Positions 10,013 through 20,940 of a stretch of DNA of 64,000 nucleotides are shown one piece after another; the stretch's first letter is position 1, and every line of letters begins with the position of its first letter. The stretch is from an uncultured Dehalococcoidia bacterium (lineage in GTDB: Bacteria; Chloroflexota; Dehalococcoidia; Lucifugimonadales; UBA1123). Under the pieces are notes generated by a model, which saw only the letters and a program-made list of their open reading frames with translations, had not been told where the DNA came from and made no database searches. The stretch lies in contig CATOSI010000001.1 of assembly GCA_951812505.1 (NCBI GenBank), forward strand, positions 956,745 through 1,020,744, read 5' to 3'. The translations under genes and the position numbers were made by a program.

Positions 10013-11482
10013 ATGAAATACGAAGTTGTAATCGGGCTTGAGGTACACGCCCAGCTTTTGACCCAAAGCAAGATGTTCTGCTCATGCAGCGCCGCGTACC
10101 AGGACGCCGACCCGAACACGGTCGTATGTCCCGTGTGCATGGGAATGCCCGGAGTTCTTCCAGTCATAAACAGGAAGGCAGTGGAGCACGTCATAAGAAC
10201 GGGCCTGGCCCTGAACTGCGACATCGCCGGTTACACGAAATTCGATAGAAAGAACTACCCCTACCCCGACCTTATGAAGGGATACCAGATTTCGCAGTAC
10301 GACCTGCCAATCGCCTCCAACGGCAGCCTCCCAATCGAAGTTGACGGCGTGGAACGAGCGGCTGGAGTGACCCGTGTACATCTGGAAGAGGACGTAGCTC
10401 GCCTGCTGCACCGCACCGAGGACTACGGCGAGGGATACTCACTCCTGGACGTCAACCGGGCCGGCGTTCCACTAATGGAGATTGTGGGAGAGCCTGATCT
10501 CCGAAGCGCGGAAGAAGCGCGCGCCTACCTGATGCAGCTACATTCCATCCTCCAGTACATCGGCGTCAGCACCGCCAATATGGAGGAGGGCAACTTCCGG
10601 TGCGACGCCAATATCAGCGTTCGCCCGGAGGGCGAGAGCCGGCTTGGCACCAAGGTCGAGATCAAGAACATGAACAGCTTCCGCTCCGTATTCCGTGCCC
10701 TGGAGTACGAAGCAGAGAGACAGGTCTCGGTCCTGGAGGACGGCGGCCGGATCGCACAGGAGACACGCGGCTGGGTAGAGGCGGATGCCAAGACCGTATC
10801 CCAGAGAACAAAAGAGGGAGCGTCCGACTACCGCTACTTCCCCGAACCCGACCTGCCGCCGCTCCGCATTTCACGCCAGTGGGTACAGGAAATCGGCGCG
10901 TCGCTGCCCGAACTTCCACACCATCGCAGACTGCGTTTCGTCGAAGAACTGGAGTTGCCCGCCTATGACGCCGCGCTGCTTACAGTGAGTCAGCCCACCG
11001 CGGACTACTTCGAGAGAGTCCTTGACTCGGGCCCGTCCCCGGCTAACACATCTTTCGCCAAGGCCGTGAGCAACTGGATGCTCGGCGAGATGGCTCGACT
11101 GATCAATCAGAGCGGCGGGCATATATCGAATGTCAAAATCGAGCCTGGGCAACTAGCCGAACTTCAGACAATGGTTGACGACGGAACGCTCAGTTCCACA
11201 ATGGCAAAGACGGTATTCGAGAAGATGTTCGAGAGCGGTGACAGTCCCAGGGAAATAGCGCAGGCGGAGGGTCTATCGCAGATTTCCGATGCCGACGCTG
11301 TGCTCGTCGCCGTTCAGCAGGCGATATCGGACAATCCGGGTCCAGTACAGGAATACCTTGACGGCAAGCAGCAGGTTATGGGATTCATCATTGGACAGGT
11401 TATGAAGGCCACGCGCGGGAAGGCAAACCCGCGAGTCGCCAGCCAGCTTGTCAGAGAGAACCTGGAGGCCATGCGCGAATGA
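10013..11482 (+). CDS. gatB: Asp-tRNA(Asn)/Glu-tRNA(Gln) amidotransferase subunit B
   Basis: [41 protein letters not shown]. Confidence 0.98.
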   Translation: MKYEVVIGLEVHAQLLTQSKMFCSCSAAYQDADPNTVVCPVCMGMPGVLPVINRKAVEHVIRTGLALNCDIAGYTKFDRKNYPYPDLMKGYQISQYDLPIASNGSLPIEVDGVERAAGVTRVHLEEDVARLLHRTEDYGEGYSLLDVNRAGVPLMEIVGEPDLRSAEEARAYLMQLHSILQYIGVSTANMEEGNFRCDANISVRPEGESRLGTKVEIKNMNSFRSVFRALEYEAERQVSVLEDGGRIAQETRGWVEADAKTVSQRTKEGASDYRYFPEPDLPPLRISRQWVQEIGASLPELPHHRRLRFVEELELPAYDAALLTVSQPTADYFERVLDSGPSPANTSFAKAVSNWMLGEMARLINQSGGHISNVKIEPGQLAELQTMVDDGTLSSTMAKTVFEKMFESGDSPREIAQAEGLSQISDADAVLVAVQQAISDNPGPVQEYLDGKQQVMGFIIGQVMKATRGKANPRVASQLVRENLEAMRE

Positions 11483-12789
11483 ACCCGCGCAATTTCGGAA
11501 CCGGACCCGAATCGAACGGCTCTATCGCCTCGCGAGCGAGAATCTTCCTCCGCCTGTTGTATCCGGGCGTAGGGCTCAAACGATGGGCCGCTTTCGGAGC
11601 GATTGGAGTCATCATCTGCTCAATCGGAATGGCGTTCCTGCTCAGGAAGCTGTTCGCTCTGCCATTTCCCGACTTTCTGCCCTGGTACTTCGAGGGATTC
11701 CTGATGCTCGGTGTGGGCGGTGGATTCATACTTGTTTCGATGTACGGCTTTTACAGGGCGCTCACCCCCTTCATGGCGCGGTCCCAGCCGATTGACTCAC
11801 TAGCCGACTCGATTTACAACCGATGGCACCGGGGCAGAGGCCCCAGGATCGTAACAATAGGCGGCGGCACCGGTCTTTCCGTTCTGCTTAGGGGCCTGCG
11901 TGAATACACAGACAACCTGACGGCAGTCATTACCGTCGCTGATGACGGTGGAAGTTCGGGTCGGCTCAGGCGCGAACTTGGTGTGGTGCCTCCGGGTGAC
12001 TTCCGTAATTGCCTGGTCGCGATGTCCGAGGACGAGTCGCTGTTGGCGGAACTCTTTCAGTACAGGTTCGAGGAAGGCGACGGACTGAAGGGACACAGCT
12101 TCGGCAACCTGTTCATAGTCGCAATGGCGAACGTAACCGACGGCTTCGACCAGGCGCTTGTCGAGTCCAGCCGCGTATTGGCTGTGCGTGGCAGAGTCGT
12201 GCCCGCAACGACATCCAACCTCCACCTGTCCGCCCGATTCAAAGACGGAAGCGTCGTCAATGGCGAATCCCGTATCACTCAGCACAGCGGCGAGATCGAG
12301 CGTCTGATGATCGAACCGCAGGAGGCCGCGGCCCATCCCCTCGCCGTTCGAGCGATATCCGAAGCCGAACTTGTGGTCATCGGACCCGGCAGCCTGTATT
12401 CGAGCATTCTGCCCAATCTTCTTGTTAACGGCATCTCCGAGGCGATCAGAAGCACAACGGCGACCGTAGTGTATGTATGCAACGTGGCGACTCAGGTCGG
12501 CGAAACGGGTGGGTACACTCTCGCCGAACACGTCGAGGCTCTGCGCAATCACACCTTCGAGGAAATAGCCGACTACGTTGTCGGAAACAGTAACCCTCCG
12601 GACCTCGGAGACCGATTCGAGGGCGAAGGCGTCTTCCACGACGGCAGACCGCTCAAGAACGCGACGATTCTCCTCTCAGATTTGGTTGACGACTCACATC
12701 CGGTGCGCCACGACTCGGTCAAGCTGGCAGAGGCAATCATGCAAATTCATGGCGCTAGCGACGGGCGACTTTCGGCTGCTGCGGTGTAA
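11479..12789 (+). CDS. yvcK: YvcK family (gluconeogenesis factor) protein with N-terminal TM region
   Basis: [52 protein letters not shown]. Confidence 0.92.
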   Translation: MNPRNFGTGPESNGSIASRARIFLRLLYPGVGLKRWAAFGAIGVIICSIGMAFLLRKLFALPFPDFLPWYFEGFLMLGVGGGFILVSMYGFYRALTPFMARSQPIDSLADSIYNRWHRGRGPRIVTIGGGTGLSVLLRGLREYTDNLTAVITVADDGGSSGRLRRELGVVPPGDFRNCLVAMSEDESLLAELFQYRFEEGDGLKGHSFGNLFIVAMANVTDGFDQALVESSRVLAVRGRVVPATTSNLHLSARFKDGSVVNGESRITQHSGEIERLMIEPQEAAAHPLAVRAISEAELVVIGPGSLYSSILPNLLVNGISEAIRSTTATVVYVCNVATQVGETGGYTLAEHVEALRNHTFEEIADYVVGNSNPPDLGDRFEGEGVFHDGRPLKNATILLSDLVDDSHPVRHDSVKLAEAIMQIHGASDGRLSAAAV

Positions 12790-12848
12790 CGTCCCACATA
12801 AGAATTAGAACGTATTATTAGCTAGGAAACGGGAGCTCTGAACAGGAA

Positions 12849-13076
12849 ATGGAACTGGCCCTAAACATTGCTCACATAATTGTATCGGTCCTCTTGGTAA
12901 CCATAATCCTTCTCCAAGTGAAGGGACAGGGCACCGGCCTGTTCGGTGCCGCCGACAACTCATTCAGAACGCGGCGCGGGTTCGAGTTGGCGTTGTTCAG
13001 GTTTACCATTGGCCTGATAGTGGTATTCATCGCGCTCTCGATAGTGAGCGCGAGTAACCTCATCAACCTGACGTGA
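12849..13076 (+). CDS. secG: Preprotein translocase subunit SecG
   Basis: Two TM helices, ILLQVKGQGTGLFG, RTRRGFE. Confidence 0.9.
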   Translation: MELALNIAHIIVSVLLVTIILLQVKGQGTGLFGAADNSFRTRRGFELALFRFTIGLIVVFIALSIVSASNLINLT

Positions 13077-13930
13077 GTCGCCCAACCATCACGCTCACGA
13101 CTGATTTTGGAATAAGCGACGCATACGTCGCCGCGATGAAGGGCGTGATACTCAGTATCTGCGCGAACGCGACGATTGTGGACGTATCGCACGAGATCGA
13201 GCGCCACAATGTCACGGAAGCCGCCTACGTTCTTGCCTCTGCTTCCGAATATTACCCCAGCGGCACTGTCCACGTAGCTGTCGTTGATCCCGGTGTCGGC
13301 TCTTCCAGAAGAGCACTAATTCTCCAGACCCCGCGCGGCACATACGTATCTCCTGACAACGGCACGCTGACCCACATCCTGAACGAATGCGGGGCGTGTA
13401 TCACAAATACGGAATCGCGTATGTCCTCCGAAATGGTTGAGGTGCCGGAAGGCTGCCGCGCATTTCATTTGGACAAGCCGGAGTATTGGCTTCCTAATGT
13501 AACTCGCACCTTCCATGGACGAGATATATTCGCCCCGACCGCAGCCCGTCTCGCGGACGGAGTACCGGCATCCGACCTTGGATCACCAGTTCATTCGATG
13601 GTATGTCTGCCGACGCCCTCGTTCCATTCGGCTGAGAATACAACAACCGGGGTTGTCGTACACATTGATACATACGGAAATCTCATCACCAACATCCCAC
13701 CGGAGGCCACGCAAGACAACCCGGAGATACGTATTTCGGGGCACGTCATAAGGGGATTGAGCGAGTCCTATGCGGATGCTACAGGCGATCTGCTCGCGAT
13801 TATCGGAAGCCGCAGCACGCTCGAAATTGCCGTCGGAGAGGGCGACGCGCGGACATTCCTAAACGCGTCAATCGGAGACAGGGTTGTCGTCGAACGACGC
13901 GGGACTAACCCCAGGCCTTGCCGGGATTGA
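13073..13930 (+). CDS. DUF62 family SAM hydroxide adenosyltransferase (SAM hydrolase)
   Basis: TLTTDFG, VVDPGVGSSRR, TFHGRDIFAP, HIDTYGNLITN. Confidence 0.9.
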   Translation: MSRPTITLTTDFGISDAYVAAMKGVILSICANATIVDVSHEIERHNVTEAAYVLASASEYYPSGTVHVAVVDPGVGSSRRALILQTPRGTYVSPDNGTLTHILNECGACITNTESRMSSEMVEVPEGCRAFHLDKPEYWLPNVTRTFHGRDIFAPTAARLADGVPASDLGSPVHSMVCLPTPSFHSAENTTTGVVVHIDTYGNLITNIPPEATQDNPEIRISGHVIRGLSESYADATGDLLAIIGSRSTLEIAVGEGDARTFLNASIGDRVVVERRGTNPRPCRD

Positions 13931-15311
13931 GTATTCCTGCCGGGTCCAATGCCCTTTTGATTCTGTGGGCAGCGGACATGCCGGTTCCCAGTTCTGCTTC
14001 CATCAGATGAGCCAGCTTCAATCCGACCCCGTGGCAGTATTCCATCGAGCCGCCCATTGACTGCGCCAGGGTCAGCACTCTATCAACTGTCCGCCCAAGA
14101 TTTGCGCCGTCATCACCGTTCTCGCTCCCTGAAATCAGGAATGAAAAGAATTCCGGCCTGCCCCAAACCGACCACTCCCTTACTTCTACACCCTCGTTGG
14201 ACAGAAGCCTCTCACACTTCCTGCGGTACTCCAACACCTTACTTACAGGTAGAGCGACGTGTAAATAATCCATCCTGTACGCCGACCTGCTCTTTCGCGC
14301 ATCGTCAGGACCTTCACTCTCCAGAACGTTTCGCTTATAGCGCAGCGCCGACGCATGGCGGTTGGTCCAATAGCGCCGTACGTGCGCTTCGCTCCCGCGC
14401 CTGCCATCGTGCCGTGAGCAGATAGCAGTCGTATCCGACACATACGCATCCACGCGCTTCTCGCTCCCCTCGAATGCCAGGTAGAGTGTCGCGGTTTCGC
14501 GTCCGCCGGAGCCGTCTGATGCCAGTTCATCGCCATAGTCCATAACGGTCGGCCTGAGACCCTGTCCATACACCTCGTTAATGGCTTCGAATCCCGAATC
14601 GAATTCAGGAAAGTCAAAGCAAAGCATCTCCCAAGTGACCGGCACTCGGAAGGCTTGGACTGTGGCTTCAGCGATTACTCCAAGACTTCCTTCCGTCCCG
14701 ATGAAGACGTGGTTCAGGGAGGATCCGAAGAGCGCTTCCGGGACTGCTCGCGTCTCTACAATCTCGCCATCGCCGAGTACGACTCGCAGACCAAGAACCT
14801 GGTCTCCCATCGCGCCGTGGCCGGAAGCCGTGTATCCGACGCCATTCGTGGAAATAGCGCCTCCTATGGTCGCAATGGGTCGGCTCCACGGATCGTGCCC
14901 CAGCCTGAGTCTGTTCGCCGCAAGCGCGCGATGCGCATTCTCCAGGACAGTGCCGGATTGAAAGGCACCTGTCCTGCTATCCGCATCCACCTTCAGAATA
15001 CGGTTCATGCGCTGCGTGTTCAGAACTATCCCTGAGTCAATCGCTGTCGCGGCGCCCATGACGCCGGTTCCCCTGCCATATGGCACAACCGGCAGGGAGT
15101 TTCGAGTAGCGTACTCGAGAGTCTTCGAGATTCCGTCGGCGCTCTCGGGCGATACGACCGCACTAGCGCGCTCGTTCAGACGAGGAGCCGAATGAAAAGC
15201 CCTGTACACTCCGAGCGCGTCTCCACCGTATCGCAGAAGGTCGGCCTCATCGGACGCTACCGCTCCCCGTCCAAGCAATGCGGTCAGATCCTTCACAAGC
15301 GCCTTTTGCAT
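13905..15311 (-). CDS. FAD-binding oxidoreductase (GlcD/alkyl-DHAP synthase-like)
   Basis: VPYGRGTG, ATIGGAISTN, GTEGSLGVI, HGVG, KRALDPAGILNPGK. Confidence 0.88.
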   Translation of the reverse strand: MQKALVKDLTALLGRGAVASDEADLLRYGGDALGVYRAFHSAPRLNERASAVVSPESADGISKTLEYATRNSLPVVPYGRGTGVMGAATAIDSGIVLNTQRMNRILKVDADSRTGAFQSGTVLENAHRALAANRLRLGHDPWSRPIATIGGAISTNGVGYTASGHGAMGDQVLGLRVVLGDGEIVETRAVPEALFGSSLNHVFIGTEGSLGVIAEATVQAFRVPVTWEMLCFDFPEFDSGFEAINEVYGQGLRPTVMDYGDELASDGSGGRETATLYLAFEGSEKRVDAYVSDTTAICSRHDGRRGSEAHVRRYWTNRHASALRYKRNVLESEGPDDARKSRSAYRMDYLHVALPVSKVLEYRRKCERLLSNEGVEVREWSVWGRPEFFSFLISGSENGDDGANLGRTVDRVLTLAQSMGGSMEYCHGVGLKLAHLMEAELGTGMSAAHRIKRALDPAGILNPGKAWG

Positions 15312-15889
15312 TATTCGCTCGTCCGGACCAATAGTTCGTTCCTGAATTCGATTGACATTGGGTGAACCAGGTTGCCGTTGTCCAAGAAATACTCGATAGT
15401 CCTGTCCAGGTACTCCAGGATGGCCGAGTCGAGACTGTGCTTCGACATATCGGCGACTCTCGCCAGATAGGGGAACCGGGCCACCTTACGCGGGTCGAGT
15501 TTGTCGGCCAGAAAGACCACCTTGGCCACGTCGCTCATACCTGTCCTGCCGGTAGTGTGCCGGGCAACGGCTTCCAACACTTCCACACCCAGATCATTGT
15601 CGTCGCTCACGAGCCATCGCGCGGCAACCGGCCCATGCAGGAGTATAGGTTCATGTCGTTCCACGAGACCTATGTCGAGACCCAGTTTCTCGGCCTGGGA
15701 GAGCAAACTGGAGCGGTCCAGTGCCCTCGCGAGGTCGTGGGCCGCCGTGCCGATGTCGGCAGAACGAGCGTCCACTCCGTGTAGAATGGCGAGTTCCTGG
15801 GAAATCACACGTGAACGCTCGATATGGTCCCGCAGACCCGACGGAAGTCTCTTCAGTCTGGCTTCAATCGTTTCTGGAAGACCGCTCAC
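15311..15889 (-). CDS. yqeK: HD-domain protein, YqeK (Ap4A hydrolase) family
   Basis: HDLAR, LLHGPVAA, HTTG, VFLADK. Confidence 0.8.
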   Translation of the reverse strand: MSGLPETIEARLKRLPSGLRDHIERSRVISQELAILHGVDARSADIGTAAHDLARALDRSSLLSQAEKLGLDIGLVERHEPILLHGPVAARWLVSDDNDLGVEVLEAVARHTTGRTGMSDVAKVVFLADKLDPRKVARFPYLARVADMSKHSLDSAILEYLDRTIEYFLDNGNLVHPMSIEFRNELLVRTSE

Positions 15890-16238
15890 TTGGAATCCCC
15901 AGCCCGCCGAGGCGCCGACCGCCCAGTAGGTGCATATGCAGATGCGGAACTTCCTGTCCGCCGTCTCTTCCCTGGTTGATCATCAACCGATAGCCGCTAT
16001 CTGAGACACCTTCGGCTTTCGCCGAATCCTTCGCGGCCGCGAACATCGCTCCAAAGGTCTGGTCGAAACGCGACTCCAGTTCCGATATTCGCTCGAAATG
16101 TTCTACCGGGATTACGAGCAGGTGTGTCGGAGCGAGGGGAGCTATGTCCCTTATCACGAAGCACAGTTCATCCCGATACAGTATGTCGGACGGAATCTCG
16201 CCGTCTCTGATCTTACAGAAGACACAATCGTCGGTCAT
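15864..16238 (-). CDS. Histidine triad nucleotide-binding protein
   Basis: DCVFCKI, DIAPLAPTH.LVIP, GQEVPHLHMHLLGGR. Confidence 0.93.
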   Translation of the reverse strand: MTDDCVFCKIRDGEIPSDILYRDELCFVIRDIAPLAPTHLLVIPVEHFERISELESRFDQTFGAMFAAAKDSAKAEGVSDSGYRLMINQGRDGGQEVPHLHMHLLGGRRLGGLGIPSERSSRND

Positions 16239-16256
16239 CCGGGTAAATCTCCAAGC

Positions 16257-16637
16257 TCAAATGACGGCTGTGGCCTCTATCTCTACCAGGTAACTCGGAC
16301 TCACCAGCCCACTGATGAAGACTGTGCTGGAAGCCGGACCGGGATTCCCGAAGAAGTCCAGCCTCGCCTGTGCATAGGCGGGATAGTCATCGGAGTTTAC
16401 GAGGAAAGCCGTAATCTTGGTGACATCGGCGCGTGTCGCACCGGCCGCGTTCAGCGCCTTCTCGACATTATCGAGGCACTGAACGGACTGTGCCAGTGCA
16501 TCGCCCTCCCCAACCAGGCCGCCTTCGGCGTCAACCGACACCTGGCCGGATACAAACACCTGATTCCCCGCTCGCGTGGCGGGCGAGAAACCGGACGGCT
16601 TGTTATCAGGATTCGGAAAGTAAGCTCGTCTTGGCAT
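16257..16637 (-). CDS. RidA/YjgF family protein
   Basis: VFVSGQV, PASSTV, LVEIEATAV. Confidence 0.9.
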   Translation of the reverse strand: MPRRAYFPNPDNKPSGFSPATRAGNQVFVSGQVSVDAEGGLVGEGDALAQSVQCLDNVEKALNAAGATRADVTKITAFLVNSDDYPAYAQARLDFFGNPGPASSTVFISGLVSPSYLVEIEATAVI

Positions 16638-16671
16638 CTTTCACTCCCTTCGCTTCGTGGATGATCGACGT

Positions 16672-17064
16672 CTATCCCGGAAGTTGGAGCAACTCTATGC
16701 GCGTGTCGTCGGGCCCGGCAATGAACGCGATGCGAGGTCCGTTGGGAACATCTGTCGGGCCCTCCTTTAGCACCGCGCCCATATCCGTTAGACGGTCCAA
16801 TTCGGCATCCAGGTCGTCAATCGTAATGCCTATATGTTCCAACCCCCAGTGAACGTCCGCATTGCCCTCGTCCAGTTCTTCCCCTGTGCGAGCGCTCGAA
16901 ATATTCACCGTTACGCCGTCGGGTGTCCTGGTAACTACAAACTGGTCGCCGTAGGGTCGTACGATGTCGCTTACGATTGTGAAATCGAAGGCCGTGGCAT
17001 ACCACTCAGCCGTCTTGCGCGGATCGGGAGCCTTAAGGTGAACATGATTGAACTCGTATCCCAT
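16672..17064 (-). CDS. VOC/glyoxalase family protein
   Basis: FNHVHL, GLEHIG, AFIAGPDDTRIEL. Confidence 0.88.
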   Translation of the reverse strand: MGYEFNHVHLKAPDPRKTAEWYATAFDFTIVSDIVRPYGDQFVVTRTPDGVTVNISSARTGEELDEGNADVHWGLEHIGITIDDLDAELDRLTDMGAVLKEGPTDVPNGPRIAFIAGPDDTRIELLQLPG

Positions 17065-17154
17065 AGAAATCTCTCCTGATTCGGAATCCCAGAGTAATTG
17101 AAATGGCTATCTCGCAGTTTATAGCAAACAGTGAGCCTACGACCACCGCATTCG

Positions 17155-18321
17155 TCAATCCAACTCACGCAGCACGTTATACATGTGAAGATACAGCTTG
17201 AAGATCTCCCTTGCATAAATGGGGGGACTCACGGGGCGAGTAGGGTCCACGTGCTGAAACAGCGAAAACTCAGTGTGATAGATGCCTCCTCGCTCGGATA
17301 AGGCGTCCGAAAGGCGACGGGATTCCTCGGAGGGCACGAGTTTGTCCTCCCTGTCGTGCATTATCAGCACGCGAGCGTTTAAGTCCTGTATTCGTGTGGC
17401 GGGAGAGATCGCGTCCAACTTCGTTCTCATGGAGTCCGGCAGTTGCGAGATCAATTCCTGAGCCTCCGGCAAGCTAACGCCCGACAGCAGACGGTGAGCC
17501 GCCTGAGCCTCCGCGGTCATGGTCAACAACACGCTTTCATCCACAATCGCGTCGCGCTCGACGAATACTCTCTCCAGCAACGCGCGTTCTCCGGAATCGG
17601 GAAGTCCGTCTATGAGATGCGAGGCAACGACCTCGACACTCAGTCTTGCCGGCGACCACGGTTCGATTACATCGCCATAGAAGCGGCTCGATGAAATGAC
17701 CGACGCTGTGAGGTCGCTCGCATCATAGTATCCACCGAAGAAGTTGACGAACTGAACCCGGTCTCGAATTCTGTGGTCTTGCGCCGCTACCGTCGCAAAA
17801 GACGCGCCGACGCAGAATCCACCCATGCCCGACCTCTCCGGGTCAACTCGTTCACGCGCCAGCAGGTACGTATAAGCATGTACCAGGGAGTCAATCTCGT
17901 TCGCCGACACTTTCTTCTCGGTCATCGTCTCTGACCAGGGAATCATAACTATGACACCCGACTGCGCAAGTCCCTCAGCAAGTCCGACCACCCTCGGATC
18001 ATCGCGTCCCGCTGGATTTACACCAAGGAACAGCAGCACCGCACCGTGTGCTCCATCCCCCGCCGGCATGTACAGGTCTGCGATGCCGGAGCCCTCCAAG
18101 GTCGGAAAGTGTACCTCCTCTACGACCGGGTCGCCCGTGAACCACTCTTGAGGTTTGACCGGAATAGTTGGTAGCACCTGTGGGAGAAACAGCGCGGTCT
18201 TGAGGGCGGTACGTCCTTGCGGGAAGGCCGCGGTCAACAACGAGACGGCAAGCAGCACGGCAAGCGCGCCGGTTGCGACACGCCTGAGCCACCCTGACGC
18301 CACTATTCTACTAACTTTCAA
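17155..18321 (-). CDS. Exported/membrane-anchored alpha/beta-hydrolase-like protein
   Basis: N-terminal hydrophobic helix; GFCVG elbow; IMHDREDKLVP; FQH. Confidence 0.6.
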   Translation of the reverse strand: MKVSRIVASGWLRRVATGALAVLLAVSLLTAAFPQGRTALKTALFLPQVLPTIPVKPQEWFTGDPVVEEVHFPTLEGSGIADLYMPAGDGAHGAVLLFLGVNPAGRDDPRVVGLAEGLAQSGVIVMIPWSETMTEKKVSANEIDSLVHAYTYLLARERVDPERSGMGGFCVGASFATVAAQDHRIRDRVQFVNFFGGYYDASDLTASVISSSRFYGDVIEPWSPARLSVEVVASHLIDGLPDSGERALLERVFVERDAIVDESVLLTMTAEAQAAHRLLSGVSLPEAQELISQLPDSMRTKLDAISPATRIQDLNARVLIMHDREDKLVPSEESRRLSDALSERGGIYHTEFSLFQHVDPTRPVSPPIYAREIFKLYLHMYNVLRELD

Positions 18322-18667
18322 TGGCGGAAGTACACCAATTCAACAGAACTCGTACATTCGGAGGAGTCTCTTCATCTATTTTCGACAGCCCGATGAAATA
18401 CGAAGCCAAAGATCTTTCGTATATTATTTGACAACTGTATAGAACGATGCAATTCATAGCCAATTACTGTATAATAACTCAAGTATGCTAGATTGCATGT
18501 TTCGATTGCTGTGTAACCTATCATACAGTTGCCTTACAGGCGAATCTCGAGGATAAGGGCTGCGCCCCTCCCTATCCTCATTGAGACCTTGGTCTGAATA
18601 ATCCGGGGGCCCGCATCATTCAACGCGAGTGGGCGGGCTGCCTCGACAAAATGGAAGAAGACTGACA

Positions 18668-19732
18668 ATGGTCGCGGATCTTGTTTCCCGTGTCGTTGGG
18701 GGCGCTTTCCTGGCCACTGCCGGATGGGGCCTCGGCGGATACATAACCGATACCTGGGCGCCAGAGCGTTACGTGCTCTGGGTATTTGGGCTTGCCATCT
18801 CCGGTGGATTCATTGGTCTGATCTCGACCCCATTCATTCTGGGACGCCTTTCCAGGAGTATCGCGGAACGGACTCGCGCCATTCCCACGTCAAGAATGCT
18901 GTCCGGCGTCGTCGGCGTTACAATTGGTCTCCTAGTCGCCTTGCTCTTCTCAATTCTTCTCTGGCGTATTCCCGGCTGGCCCGGCACCACATTCCCGATT
19001 GCATTGAGCCTGTTGCTGGCATACTTGGGCGGGATGATAATGTTCTCCCCTTCCCGCGATTTGTTCCAGAAATTTGTTCCTGAACACTCATCTCACTCTC
19101 GTAACGGCGGAGGACCCAAAATCCCCAACAACCAGGCCGGAATCATGCTGATTGACACGAGCGCAATCATAGATGGCCGTATAGCCTCCGTTTCTCAGAC
19201 CGGATTTCTGCAGGGGACGCTTGTCATTCCTCGCTTCGTCCTTAATGAGCTCCGACACGTGGCCGACTCCGGCGACTCTGTAAGAAGAGCGCGCGGCAGA
19301 CGCGGGCTCGAGATTCTGAACCAGATACGAATGGACGGCAAGGTACAAACCGAAGTTCTGGAGATTGACTACCCACGCGCCCGGGACGTGGACGCCAAGC
19401 TTGTAGGTCTGGCAAAGGACATGGGGGCGTCTATCGTCACTACCGACTTCAATTTGAACAGGGTTGCACAGATTGACGGCATTACCGTATTGAACGTCAA
19501 CGAACTGGCCGGATCGCTTCGCCCTGTCGTCATTCCTGGTGAGAAACTGCGCCTGAGAATAATCCAGGAAGGCAAGGAGGCCGGCCAGGGGGTGGGCTTC
19601 CTCGAAGACGGCACAATGGTTGTGGTCGAGTCCGGCATTCGATACATTGATTCTGAGATCAATGTCACCGCAACTCGCATACTCCAGACGGCAGCGGGAC
19701 GCATTATCTTCGCCCAGCCCGCGCGGGACTAG
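18668..19732 (+). CDS. PIN/TRAM domain membrane protein (YacL family)
   Basis: 4 TM; DTSAIIDGRI, RGRRGLEIL, TTDFNLN, GQGVGFLEDGTMVVVE, LQTAAGRIIFA. Confidence 0.93.
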   Translation: MVADLVSRVVGGAFLATAGWGLGGYITDTWAPERYVLWVFGLAISGGFIGLISTPFILGRLSRSIAERTRAIPTSRMLSGVVGVTIGLLVALLFSILLWRIPGWPGTTFPIALSLLLAYLGGMIMFSPSRDLFQKFVPEHSSHSRNGGGPKIPNNQAGIMLIDTSAIIDGRIASVSQTGFLQGTLVIPRFVLNELRHVADSGDSVRRARGRRGLEILNQIRMDGKVQTEVLEIDYPRARDVDAKLVGLAKDMGASIVTTDFNLNRVAQIDGITVLNVNELAGSLRPVVIPGEKLRLRIIQEGKEAGQGVGFLEDGTMVVVESGIRYIDSEINVTATRILQTAAGRIIFAQPARD

Positions 19733-19738
19733 CCTGGG

Positions 19739-20464
19739 TTGTCGACTCCATTGCGTCTTGGTTCTTCGCCACATGCTCCCAAAGTCGGAGTCGCTATCGT
19801 CGCGGCGGGCGTAAGCCGTCGCATGGGCGACATTGATAAGATGTTTGCCCCGCTTGGAGACGTTCCCATACTGGTTCACTGTTTGAGTTCTTTCAATGAA
19901 TCTCCATCGGTTCACGCTATTTCCATCGCTACGTCTCGCCATAGCGTCGATAGAGTTAGATTACTTATCAGTGAGCACGACTTTGACAAAGTTGAATGCG
20001 TCGTCGCAGGAGGAGCACGCAGACAGGACTCGGTCAAGAACGCTCTGCTTAACCTGGATGGGAGCGACATTGTATTGATCCATGACGGCGCTCGACCGTT
20101 CGTTGACGAGGAAATGATTGAACGAGCAGTGGCGGTGGCAAGGGAATCCGCCGCGGGTACTGCGGCGGTTCCAGTCAAGGACACAATAAAGGTCGTCAAC
20201 CCGGACATGAGCGTAAGGGAAACGCCGCCAAGAGAATCCCTCTGGGCGGCTCAGACTCCCCAATCGTTCAGATACGACCTGATTATCCGAGCTCACACCC
20301 AGATAGAGCACGATGTCACTGACGATGCTACTATGATCGAGGCAGTCGGACACCCCGTGCAGCTATTCATGGGATCATACGACAACATCAAGGTCACGAC
20401 ACCGGAGGACTTACACATTGCCGAAGCCATCCTACGCAGCCGACGGGAAGCCAAGGCGAATTGA
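19739..20464 (+). CDS. ispD: 2-C-methyl-D-erythritol 4-phosphate cytidylyltransferase
   Basis: AAGVSRRMG, GGARRQDSV, IHDGARP, AQTPQ, TDDA, NIKVTTPEDL. Confidence 0.95.
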   Translation: MSTPLRLGSSPHAPKVGVAIVAAGVSRRMGDIDKMFAPLGDVPILVHCLSSFNESPSVHAISIATSRHSVDRVRLLISEHDFDKVECVVAGGARRQDSVKNALLNLDGSDIVLIHDGARPFVDEEMIERAVAVARESAAGTAAVPVKDTIKVVNPDMSVRETPPRESLWAAQTPQSFRYDLIIRAHTQIEHDVTDDATMIEAVGHPVQLFMGSYDNIKVTTPEDLHIAEAILRSRREAKAN

Positions 20465-20940
20465 ACTTCCGGACCGGCATAGGAGTGGATATCCACCGGC
20501 TTGTCGAGGGACGCGAACTCGCGCTCGGCGGCATCATTATTCCACACAGCCACGGTCTCGAAGGGCATAGTGACGGGGATGCTCTCACTCACGCGATCAT
20601 TGACGCCTGCCTCGGCGCGGCAAATCTAGGGGATATCGGGACGCACTTTTCATCAGAGGATCCGCGCTACTCAGGTATTCATAGCGCTAAACTGCTGTCG
20701 GAGACCGCACTGATTCTGGCCCATCGAGATTGGCGGGTGGAATACATTGATGCTACAATACTCGCCGAACGCCCCATTCTCAGGCCACATATTGGCGATA
20801 TGCGCGCTGCGCTGGCCGATGCACTGGGAATAGGCGTCGAATCGGTAAGTCTCAAGGCAACCACCGCCGATCACCTCGGATTTGTAGGTCGCCGCGAGGG
20901 AATTTATTGCATGGCGGTTGCCACCATTACTCAGACATGA
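20461..20940 (+). CDS. ispF: 2-C-methyl-D-erythritol 2,4-cyclodiphosphate synthase
   Basis: GIGVDIH, GHSDGDALTHA, GDIGTHF, KATT. Confidence 0.95.
   Translation: MNFRTGIGVDIHRLVEGRELALGGIIIPHSHGLEGHSDGDALTHAIIDACLGAANLGDIGTHFSSEDPRYSGIHSAKLLSETALILAHRDWRVEYIDATILAERPILRPHIGDMRAALADALGIGVESVSLKATTADHLGFVGRREGIYCMAVATITQT

Noticed and set aside
13073-13930. Possible chlorinase/fluorinase
   Set aside because: Has the Asp-Arg-His triad (VDPGVG..R, TFHGRD) of SAM hydrolases rather than the TFY motif of halogenases
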